Virus record (IMG/VR): IMGVR_UViG_3300030099_006646
Span: 1 to 64,000 of that record
Source: a virus
Direction: 5' to 3' (one strand)
Length of the DNA: 64,000 nucleotides
Shown here piece by piece: positions 47,433-56,576 of the stretch. The position numbers were made by a program, and so were the translations under genes. The stretch's first letter is position 1; each line of letters opens with the position of its first letter. Under the pieces are notes generated by a model that ran no database searches, was not told the DNA's origin, and saw nothing but the letters and a program-made list of their open reading frames with translations.

Positions 47433-47446
47433 AAAACAACTATTTA
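47433..47446 (+). promoter_or_regulatory. Putative late promoter AAAACAACTATTTA
   Basis: Identical 14-mer at 59269-59282; ends 8 nt before ATG 47455. Confidence 0.65.
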
Positions 47447-47454
47447 GACATAAG

Positions 47455-50400
47455 ATGAACGACGAGAATTTAACATTTGTAAGTGCAAGTAACTTTGGAA
47501 GCTATATGGCTTCTTCGAGCGTCAACGCAACTGCACATAGAGTATGGGGCGCTACTTATGAAGATAAAGCAAACTCAGGATTTGTCCCAACTAATTTTGT
47601 AGGAATCAATGCAAATATCCAAGAGGCTGTCTCTTCTTCCTTTAATACTTTAGGATATCCTGCGTCTGTCCCTGTCATACTCCAAGCACAACAAGGGGCT
47701 GTAAGCTTTGTAAGCGGCAGTGATCAATATTTTGATGCAGGTAATCAAACAGCGTTTAGCTTTGGTAACGGCTCGCAAGATAGTGTTTTTTCTGTTAATT
47801 TTTGGATTAAGTGTGATGACCTTACAAGCGGAGCATATCAATACATTGCTGCTAAAAGTGAACAATCGCCGTCCAATTACGAATATGAGATTTATATTCA
47901 GAACTCACCAGCAGGAACTCTTAAGGTTAGATTATATGATGATAGCGCAGGAAGCTATATTCAGGCGTACACCACCAACAGCTTGAGCGCTTACGAAGGA
48001 GAGTTCTTCCATGTAACAATCACATATAACGCCAACGAGTCGGCATCAGGTATAAAAATTTATATTAATGGCGTATCAGTTAGTACTACCGGAGCCAGTT
48101 CGGGCACTTATACTGCAATGGAAGTCACCGACGCCAAATTAAATCTTGCAAGAGGGCGCGAAAACAATAGTAACGAATTCCAAGGCAAGCTGGCTAATTT
48201 TATGCTTTGGAGTAGAGAGTTGTCTGCGGACGATGCACTATCTCTATATAATAATGGATGCCCCACTCTGGCAAATAATGGTGTAGGTATATCTAATACC
48301 GGCTTGGTTGCCTGGTACAAGTTGGACGACTTAAGTGGTGCCGATAGCTCGGGCAATAACTATAATGGATCTTTTCCTAATAGCGCTACAGTAAGCAATA
48401 GAATGGTTTCTTTTGATTGTTATTCTCCACACACATCAAGCTATATTAATTCAGCGTTTATTCAACGAGCTGCGGACCCTAACAGTCCTTCTTATATTGA
48501 AGGTGGGCAAGTATTAAACGCCCTTATCCTCCACCGTCAAGGTCCTTATGGTTGGCCAAGTTGGAAACAAGTCCGCGTAGGAAACCACCCAGTAAATCGA
48601 GTTCACAGAAAAAACAATATATTCTCTTATGTTGAAAAAAGCTCTTTACAATCAACAGGTTATATATTTTCATATGGAACTCCCCCTTTCCCGTTTGTAT
48701 TCGCAGAAGATCCAGTTGGCTTTAATCTTACTGAATCTTGTGTATCTAGCAAACATAGACCAATACAGCACTCGTTTGTTGTAAAACAAAATGGCGAGCT
48801 AGTAAATTTAAATCTTAAGCATTCTTATGGAAATCTTGAAGAGCATTATACAAATGAGAAGATCAATATAAGGTTGAAGTTTAATGGAGATTTCCCAGAG
48901 CAGTTCACAAAAATCTATGATGATCTTAAAGAAATATACATCGATAAGAAATTTACTTATGATTTTGATGACGTTGCTCAGAACTTTGCCGAAGCCTTAA
49001 CCGAAGAAGAAGAAAAAGAAAACCCTTACGGAATGGATGTTCCTTTTAAAAAATGGGTCAACATGACTTATACCGAATGTGTATTTCCAAAGCAACAAAA
49101 CACTTTCCTTGCAAAAGCAAGAAAAAGAACCCAATATGCGGAAGTTTCAGGTTTAGGTTCAAATGGTTATGATAGAAGAGATTTTAGAACTTTCTGGAAA
49201 GATGATTTAAATGATAGAGCCATCCGTACAAATACTGTGTCTTTAAACTCTCAAGGCTTCCCAACAGCCTTTGTACAAAGCCTCTGGTCTTTAGATACGG
49301 GTGGTACAGAGCCATTTCACGCCGCCGTTCTTAACAAAAATAGCTCATCATTTGGAGAGCTTTTAGTTGCCAGAACACCCTTGAAAGGACCTGGCGGACC
49401 TATGGCTGCTGGAGGTTTTTACGACACAACTGCGTCTCTCTCTTTATACAGGTTTCAAGGCGGAGGAACTCCAACTCCACCCGATAGGTTTCTTTATGGC
49501 ATACCTTTATATGCCACTGATCAGATATCAGGAAAGAAACCTTTTTTCAACTCCTATGAAGATTTCGCGGAAGACATCAGAGGTATAGGCAAAGATTACT
49601 CTATCTTACCAGAGTTTCGTATTTCTGACCACATGGATTATTATGTAAGACAGAAAGAAGGAAATTTTTTGGCTAGAAACGATGCTTTTCTTTCTATGAT
49701 TGGGGGAAACATTACATCTAGCGCAGATCAAGAAGAGTCTACAACAGGAGGTAGGAATACTATTAATGTTCCATCGACCAGACCTCCAGGTATTGATGAA
49801 AATTTCTTTATTGAATACTCGCATTCTGATTTTCTCAAATATTTTCAAAAAGTTGCTGACGATCATCAAGAAGAAGGCGAAGTTAAAAGCTATACATTTT
49901 CAATGAAAGGAATAAAAAAGCTTCTTCCATATAAAGGATTTTATCCACATCAAAGAACACTCCAGCTAGGAACTATTTTGTCTCAATCGTATGGTTCTGT
50001 ATTATCTGGTTCACACGTAAGAGATGCCTCTATGGTTCCACCGCAAGCGACCGAGACAGCAATTTTAAATTCTTTTTTAAGACCGCTTGCAGCCCCTGGT
50101 ATAATGTTTAACTCTATTAAATCATCTTTGGCAGTTGATTATCCTGTTTTTACAGGTTCAGTAGGCATAACCGTCTCCACAGATAGTACTTTTTCTCTTA
50201 AATACATTAGCAGTGCCCCTAACTTCCGATTGCCATTCGAAACAATAATCCAGCCCGATACTTATATACCGACAGTAAAAAAAGCAGAACTAGATGCAGG
50301 CACTTTTATACAGAAATCTATCATTATGGACGAACCCATCGGCGGCGCAGGAACACTATTTTCTTTTGCAAAAACTGGACTAGGCGCTCCTTTATATTCT

Positions 50401-51945
50401 CTTGCGGCTAATAACTTTTTTGGTGAAATACCTAGATTTTTCTTAAAAGATGAAAAATTTACTGATTTCATATCTAAACCACAAGGGCAGTTTAAATCAG
50501 TTGAGGCAGGAAAATCTTATTACATGGATGTAGTTGTTAGAAAAACTAGTGATATGGTCTTGTCCGAGGGACAAGCCCTTCTTGGTGCCGGTGATTATAA
50601 TTTTAGCCAAACAAAAGGAGCTTATTATGGACCACCTTTGTCTTCTTCTGTAGCGGGCAACGTCGGCTCTAATGTCAGAGATCCAGCTTACGCACCTTAC
50701 ACTCCTCCATATTTTTATGAAGATTCTATAGCAAGAATTAAATACACTCCAACAACCTCTGGTCAACCGACACTAAGCGATATTCTATCAAATTCAGAAA
50801 TTAATACTGAGTATACAGGCTCTTCTGTTATACTTGGATTTAACGATATTGCATCAAAAGCAAAAATGACCATATCCGCTTCTGTTAATCTATTTGGAAG
50901 ATCTCGCTACAAAAAAGTTAACTACTCAACAAACATAGGTCCAGATGGCAATTACATACCCACTAGCATAGAAGACACAGACGCCTTTTCTTTCGACGCA
51001 TGGTCTATTGGAACGAAATTTGAATGTCCTGCTTTAAACTTTTCTGCTTCTACTGATTTCCATAGCGCATCTACAGGTAAAGGTTTATGGGCTGGATACG
51101 GGTCCTTACCAACCGGCTCCACAGGACTCTGGCTTGAGCTTAAAGAAAGCTTTGCATTTAGGAGTTCTGTCTCAGATGTTGATGCTACCTTGACAGGATC
51201 TTTAATAGACATTTGCGGCTTCCAAACAAATCAAAAGCGTATTGGAAGACCAGCCCATAAAAAAGTCATTTCTGAAGCTATTATTGCTATTCCGTTTACC
51301 TACGAAACACATAAACCAGGCAACGCAACAACCTTAAAGTACCCTGAGACCGATAAAAGATTCTTTAGGATACCAATAGGAACCTACAATCAAGCTTTAA
51401 AACAAAGCCAAGAGGGAGTACCTCCCGAAGAAGCGGTCCTTGGTGCTGGACAGACTTCTGCCGAATCTATTGTCAATATGATCAATAAGATGCAGAAATA
51501 TAACTTACCTCCTCAGTTTGATTTCCTTACATTCCCAGACCTTAAGCCTTTTGTTATGTATATTTTTGAGTTTGAGCATTCTTTAACCCAGCAAGACCTA
51601 ACAGATATCTGGCAAGGTTTGATGCCGGAAATATCCAGAACGGCTCAAGAAGATGAAGTTATTGTTTCTCATAAAGCAGGGCATACAGAGTTCTTTGGAG
51701 GAAAAAGATTACCAAACACAACTCGGTGGATGCTATTTAAAGTCAAGAGAAAGGCTGAAAAAAGCTACTTTGCAGTAACAGCAGATGCAGAAGACGATCA
51801 AAGGTTTAAGTTTAAGTTTGGCAACGAAGAAAAAGCCCCAGAATATAGTTATAACTGGCCATATGACTTTTTCTCACTTGTCGAATTGGCTAAAATGGAA
51901 GTAGATATAGAGTTTGGACCAAAAAAGAAGGCATTTGAAGACTAA
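47455..51945 (+). CDS. Large baseplate/tail protein with LamG (concanavalin-like) domain
   Basis: FSVNFWIK, FHVTITY, IYING, FQGKLANFMLWSRELS, GLVAWYKLD (~47695-48380); C-terminal YSYNWPYDFFSLVELAK. Confidence 0.72.
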   Translation: MNDENLTFVSASNFGSYMASSSVNATAHRVWGATYEDKANSGFVPTNFVGINANIQEAVSSSFNTLGYPASVPVILQAQQGAVSFVSGSDQYFDAGNQTAFSFGNGSQDSVFSVNFWIKCDDLTSGAYQYIAAKSEQSPSNYEYEIYIQNSPAGTLKVRLYDDSAGSYIQAYTTNSLSAYEGEFFHVTITYNANESASGIKIYINGVSVSTTGASSGTYTAMEVTDAKLNLARGRENNSNEFQGKLANFMLWSRELSADDALSLYNNGCPTLANNGVGISNTGLVAWYKLDDLSGADSSGNNYNGSFPNSATVSNRMVSFDCYSPHTSSYINSAFIQRAADPNSPSYIEGGQVLNALILHRQGPYGWPSWKQVRVGNHPVNRVHRKNNIFSYVEKSSLQSTGYIFSYGTPPFPFVFAEDPVGFNLTESCVSSKHRPIQHSFVVKQNGELVNLNLKHSYGNLEEHYTNEKINIRLKFNGDFPEQFTKIYDDLKEIYIDKKFTYDFDDVAQNFAEALTEEEEKENPYGMDVPFKKWVNMTYTECVFPKQQNTFLAKARKRTQYAEVSGLGSNGYDRRDFRTFWKDDLNDRAIRTNTVSLNSQGFPTAFVQSLWSLDTGGTEPFHAAVLNKNSSSFGELLVARTPLKGPGGPMAAGGFYDTTASLSLYRFQGGGTPTPPDRFLYGIPLYATDQISGKKPFFNSYEDFAEDIRGIGKDYSILPEFRISDHMDYYVRQKEGNFLARNDAFLSMIGGNITSSADQEESTTGGRNTINVPSTRPPGIDENFFIEYSHSDFLKYFQKVADDHQEEGEVKSYTFSMKGIKKLLPYKGFYPHQRTLQLGTILSQSYGSVLSGSHVRDASMVPPQATETAILNSFLRPLAAPGIMFNSIKSSLAVDYPVFTGSVGITVSTDSTFSLKYISSAPNFRLPFETIIQPDTYIPTVKKAELDAGTFIQKSIIMDEPIGGAGTLFSFAKTGLGAPLYSLAANNFFGEIPRFFLKDEKFTDFISKPQGQFKSVEAGKSYYMDVVVRKTSDMVLSEGQALLGAGDYNFSQTKGAYYGPPLSSSVAGNVGSNVRDPAYAPYTPPYFYEDSIARIKYTPTTSGQPTLSDILSNSEINTEYTGSSVILGFNDIASKAKMTISASVNLFGRSRYKKVNYSTNIGPDGNYIPTSIEDTDAFSFDAWSIGTKFECPALNFSASTDFHSASTGKGLWAGYGSLPTGSTGLWLELKESFAFRSSVSDVDATLTGSLIDICGFQTNQKRIGRPAHKKVISEAIIAIPFTYETHKPGNATTLKYPETDKRFFRIPIGTYNQALKQSQEGVPPEEAVLGAGQTSAESIVNMINKMQKYNLPPQFDFLTFPDLKPFVMYIFEFEHSLTQQDLTDIWQGLMPEISRTAQEDEVIVSHKAGHTEFFGGKRLPNTTRWMLFKVKRKAEKSYFAVTADAEDDQRFKFKFGNEEKAPEYSYNWPYDFFSLVELAKMEVDIEFGPKKKAFED

Positions 51946-52989
51946 ATGGAATTTTTCAATCAAAAAGAAGAAGTAATAGATATCAAGCTAACTCAATACG
52001 GCAAGAGATTGCTCGCCAAAGGTGAGTTTTCGCCAATGTATTACGCCTTTTTTGATAAAGATATTGTTTACAACTCTGAATTTGGTGGCTTTACCGAACC
52101 TCAAAACAATGCAGAAACAAGAATCAAAGAGGAAACCCCTCGATTAAAAGTTCAGCACAACTTTATTGGAGTTGAAACACAGTTTCATGAGCTGAAAGAG
52201 ATTATAAGAAAAGAAGAAAAATATACAGATGTCCATATTAAAGAGAAGTTGCAAGATATAGAAAATAAGTATTTTGCTTTAGATTCAGCAGTCGGTAATA
52301 CAAGAGTTGGAAGTTTGTACAATCCTGCATGGGAAGTTAAATTTTATAATCAAAACTTGTCTAGCTCTGCGAGCATGATAACAGGGTCTACTACTCCAAA
52401 CATAAAAATACCCCAACTAGAAGGCGAGTTAGAATTTGTAACATTTATGTCTAAAGATGCGAGTCTTGTTGAAGATGCAGTCACTGATTTTACGGTGGAA
52501 GTTCCAAGCGACCAGGAGGAACTTGAAGGCGCTCCGCTTGAGTTTGAAGACGGGTCTATCATAGCCTTGCAACAAGATTTTATGTTACTAGGTATAGATG
52601 AAAAGAACACTGAGTTCCTTCACGAAAACTTTGAAATAGAGGTTTTCATGGAAGAAACTATAACTGGAGATCAAGCCAGCACAGGAATGAACGATAACCA
52701 AAAAACAACAAAACTAATTCCACTTCAGTTTTACCCAGAAGATGAAGAAAAAAGAACAGAACTTCAAGAGAAAGGAATCTACCCTGACACGAACACTAAT
52801 TTTGTTGAATATTATTTTGATATATTAATAGATGACGCTATACCTACCACTATCTTGTGTCAGAATATTGGTGAAGATGAAAAGAAATCTATTTACGTTA
52901 GACAGATATTTACATGTGACGACGATGTAGATCCTAATGTTTACGCCGACATATACGAACAAGATGATATAGGGGAGCCTTGCGAATGA
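51946..52989 (+). CDS. Baseplate/tail structural protein
   Basis: IDIKLTQYGKRLLAKG.F...YYAFFD..I.Y, paralogous to the N-terminus of 59326. Confidence 0.65.
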   Translation: MEFFNQKEEVIDIKLTQYGKRLLAKGEFSPMYYAFFDKDIVYNSEFGGFTEPQNNAETRIKEETPRLKVQHNFIGVETQFHELKEIIRKEEKYTDVHIKEKLQDIENKYFALDSAVGNTRVGSLYNPAWEVKFYNQNLSSSASMITGSTTPNIKIPQLEGELEFVTFMSKDASLVEDAVTDFTVEVPSDQEELEGAPLEFEDGSIIALQQDFMLLGIDEKNTEFLHENFEIEVFMEETITGDQASTGMNDNQKTTKLIPLQFYPEDEEKRTELQEKGIYPDTNTNFVEYYFDILIDDAIPTTILCQNIGEDEKKSIYVRQIFTCDDDVDPNVYADIYEQDDIGEPCE

Positions 52990-55900
52990 CATTACCAATA
53001 GACAACGCAACTCTTTTAGGGGATTTTGTTCCTAATGTTTATATCAGCAGGATTATGTTGAGCTACGGTACTCAAACAACAACAGTCCGTGGCGACAGTC
53101 CTCATTATGATATACCAACAAAAGAACAGTATCAGGCAAATGTAGCTCAACAGCAAATAGGTTCTCCTACTATAGATCCACTTGGAAATGACGGTCTAGG
53201 TGGGCAAATGCAACTTGGACAAACGACCCTGTACGAATCAGTATACTCTGGTCTTTACGGAGCAGAAAAAAAGAAAACTGGCATTTCAACTTACTCTAAT
53301 GATGATCCTGGTAAAAACAATAAAACACTCAAGGTAAGAGTAGACTTGGTTGTAAAAGATGTAATAGAAAACAAACTTTTATCTAACTGGTTTAATGAAG
53401 AAAAGCTAAAGGAATATATTAATTTGTCTATTGTTCAATCAACGGATGTAAAATCTACAGAAATGCTGGATTCTATAGATCCTGCTGTAGATTTTGGATG
53501 GTACGGCTTGACCTCTATACCAGGGAAAACTTCTTTAAAAACAATAAACTTAGGAGAAATATATCCCTCGAATGGAGAAGGAGAGACAAGCCCTGCTCAC
53601 AATCAGGGTGGTACTAAGGTTCAATATGACCCCAATCGCTTTAACTCCTACGAATACACAACAAATGATTTAGGACAAAGAGTATATAACATAACATTCT
53701 CTACTACTTTTACCGTTGAGAAGCCAAACGTTAATCACTTGGCATACTTTGTTGTTGCTAACGTCGATAAGAAATTCTTTGAAGACTCTTTTGAACCTTC
53801 TATTGATATTGGAAATGTTCCAGGTCTATACAAGCACTTGACTGGCAAAAAGGCTTTCGAGTTTGTTATCAAGGATGGAAAAACAATCACAGATGCGTAC
53901 TATTATGTTGATAGAGACAATGCGGTATGGCTTGGTGACATTCATTTCATGTATAACCTTCCAGAAGAGGGGCTTGTTTCAGCAAAACAAGTAGCTTCTC
54001 TCAGGGAAGACCAATTGGTAAATATGGTTGGTATTCCAATGAAAGGCAAGACTCATGCTGAAGGACTTGCTTCGGTAGACAGCGAAGAGGACATGTTCTT
54101 AACAGAAGTAAAAGCAACGAACACTACAATACAAGACTTTAGACAAAGAGACGTGGTAGATAAACTAGATATAGATTTTTCTGAAGCAAACAAACTTTTC
54201 TCAGCAAAAGATATAACAGAGGAAAAATTCAAAAATCAAAAGATAGCAGACGGAACTGTATTCCATACTGATTTTTGGGCATCACGAGATATGGACAATA
54301 GACTTAACTTTTGCTTTGGTGTTGACATGAGAGCATTGCTTGTAAAGTATTCTCAATATTCTAAGTTATGGGAGAATCTCTCTAAAAAAGATAAACACTC
54401 CTTATTAATAAGCAAATTTTTCAAAAGCTTGACAATCGTGAGAAAAAGAGTGAAAGCTATTGATGACACTAATCTTTTTGATGAAAATATTCCAGTTCAA
54501 AAAATCGCCAAACGGGGTTATTCTTCTCCTAAAACCGGACTCGTTACTAAGCTGTCTATCGAGTTAGGAGGAGCACCCGGATATGAATACTGTTTTTTCA
54601 GTGGATACGACGAATCTATGAGAGATATATCTGATGGCTTTTATCAATACGGAATAAAGTTTACTTTTGAGGATACATTAAAAAAACTAATTTTAAAGAA
54701 AATAAGAAGCTTGGAGACATCCTTAAAGCTTGCAAAACAATTATATACTATTTCTACACAGCCTCAATATTACAATCTTATATCTGACACATACACGAAG
54801 CTTTATAAAGAAGAACAAAACGATGAGTATTTTGGCATTATTCCTGATCTGCTTAGTAAATTTAATCAAATGTACTCTTTAGTTACAAGCACTAATAGTG
54901 TCAAAAAAGAGGGCTTCTTAGAAAACTTGTTAAACATCTCCTCTCCAAATACAGGAACCCCAGATGGGCTAGAGTTTATTATCAACATGATTGAAGAGTT
55001 TTTGGAAAAAATATTGTCTATCTTTTCTTTGAAAAGTGTATCTGCAATATCAGACTCAGGGACGAACGCATACAGCCCTTCAGGAGTTAAATCTTCAAAG
55101 CAAATAGCCTTTTTAGATGGAGAGACTTATTTTGGTGAAATATTTGACGCTAGTATGAGAAACAGTGGCTATGAATATCTATCTTATGGAGTGCAATCAG
55201 AACTGCCAGAAAAGCTAGGTATTAAAAGAATATCTTATTTAGATTTTGAAGAAAGAGCACTTGCCGAAAATCTAAAGTATTTTACAGATGAAACTGCGGC
55301 AGTGCCAATTAAACTAAAATACAAGAACAAAGGGATTCAATTTGAATCTAACTTGATAGAAGATAAATATACGTTTCTCTCGCCTTCTTGTATAAAAATG
55401 CCAGAGTCAGGAAAGATAATAACACTGCCATTTACTTCACCTGAAGACCCCAATTATGATTCCCAGTCTTCTCCTGTAAACATACAGTATGAAGCTTTGA
55501 ATAGTTTTTATCTAGAGATAATAAAAAAACTCTTGATAGGTCAAGACGCTGGCGTGTTATTAAATAAAAACAACACTGCTCAATCGCAAAAGTCACTCTT
55601 GACTAGTGTTTTATCCGCCAAGGGCTTGTCATTTGGACTTGCTGCAACAGAAGGTATACCTGCAAAAGAAGCGCTGGTGCAGCAATTAATAGAGAACGAT
55701 GGTCCCCTTGTTCAAGCCGTCATACCTCAGTTAGAATTAGATGAAGAAAAACAAGTCCCCCCTGAGTTTGTAGAAGAACCAAACTACAATGATGCACTGT
55801 TTTTTATGTCAAACCCAAACAACAGAAAAGATAATATTAAGCTATTTGAACAGTTTCCAACATTCTTGAAAGCACTAAGAGGAAATGGATTTCTTCCTTT

Positions 55901-56561
55901 AAACGAAAACGATCTTAAAGGAATACCAAATCATTTTAAACAGTTAATCACATTAGACCCTAGTCCAGAGGATACAGGAGTAGACACAACTTACCTAAAA
56001 GATAACTTAAACTTTTTTGAAAACAATATAGAAAACATAGGTGACCTAGCAACTGGTAAAAACAATTTTGGTATTTTTATTAACTACTTCAATCTTGTTC
56101 AAATAGAATATCTAGAAGGATTTATTTTCAACAACATTAAAGGACCACACTGGAGCAAATTAACACCAGAAACATTCAGTAATATAAAATCTAATGACAA
56201 ACCAGTGCTTTGCAGACTAAGATATTACACTAATAAAAAACTTGGAGTTACAAGAGATAGTGCTGTTGATCTTCCCATATATGATAAGTATTTTATCCTA
56301 GCTTCTATGAAGGAGCTTTCTCATTTGCCTAATTACAAAGGCGGTGATGAGATGATAAAAGATTTTAATAAAATGTCAAAGCATAAGAAAACTATGGATA
56401 ACGTTGACTCAGAGAATTTAGGCGCAGGCGGTCCATCCAAAGGTAAAAAGGCAAATGAAAAAAGCAAAAAACTTGGCACCACTCTGAGCGTTGAGGGAGG
56501 CTTCACGGGTGATGGCTTCAACAGCGGCGCAGGCGGCGGCGGCATGGGCGGCTCTTATTAA
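52986..56561 (+). CDS. Large hypothetical virion protein with Gly-rich C-terminus
   Basis: Long ORF in the structural operon, ATGA-coupled; ends GAGGGGMGGSY. Confidence 0.65.
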   Translation: MTLPIDNATLLGDFVPNVYISRIMLSYGTQTTTVRGDSPHYDIPTKEQYQANVAQQQIGSPTIDPLGNDGLGGQMQLGQTTLYESVYSGLYGAEKKKTGISTYSNDDPGKNNKTLKVRVDLVVKDVIENKLLSNWFNEEKLKEYINLSIVQSTDVKSTEMLDSIDPAVDFGWYGLTSIPGKTSLKTINLGEIYPSNGEGETSPAHNQGGTKVQYDPNRFNSYEYTTNDLGQRVYNITFSTTFTVEKPNVNHLAYFVVANVDKKFFEDSFEPSIDIGNVPGLYKHLTGKKAFEFVIKDGKTITDAYYYVDRDNAVWLGDIHFMYNLPEEGLVSAKQVASLREDQLVNMVGIPMKGKTHAEGLASVDSEEDMFLTEVKATNTTIQDFRQRDVVDKLDIDFSEANKLFSAKDITEEKFKNQKIADGTVFHTDFWASRDMDNRLNFCFGVDMRALLVKYSQYSKLWENLSKKDKHSLLISKFFKSLTIVRKRVKAIDDTNLFDENIPVQKIAKRGYSSPKTGLVTKLSIELGGAPGYEYCFFSGYDESMRDISDGFYQYGIKFTFEDTLKKLILKKIRSLETSLKLAKQLYTISTQPQYYNLISDTYTKLYKEEQNDEYFGIIPDLLSKFNQMYSLVTSTNSVKKEGFLENLLNISSPNTGTPDGLEFIINMIEEFLEKILSIFSLKSVSAISDSGTNAYSPSGVKSSKQIAFLDGETYFGEIFDASMRNSGYEYLSYGVQSELPEKLGIKRISYLDFEERALAENLKYFTDETAAVPIKLKYKNKGIQFESNLIEDKYTFLSPSCIKMPESGKIITLPFTSPEDPNYDSQSSPVNIQYEALNSFYLEIIKKLLIGQDAGVLLNKNNTAQSQKSLLTSVLSAKGLSFGLAATEGIPAKEALVQQLIENDGPLVQAVIPQLELDEEKQVPPEFVEEPNYNDALFFMSNPNNRKDNIKLFEQFPTFLKALRGNGFLPLNENDLKGIPNHFKQLITLDPSPEDTGVDTTYLKDNLNFFENNIENIGDLATGKNNFGIFINYFNLVQIEYLEGFIFNNIKGPHWSKLTPETFSNIKSNDKPVLCRLRYYTNKKLGVTRDSAVDLPIYDKYFILASMKELSHLPNYKGGDEMIKDFNKMSKHKKTMDNVDSENLGAGGPSKGKKANEKSKKLGTTLSVEGGFTGDGFNSGAGGGGMGGSY

Positions 56562-56576
56562 TAAAAGGTAACAATA

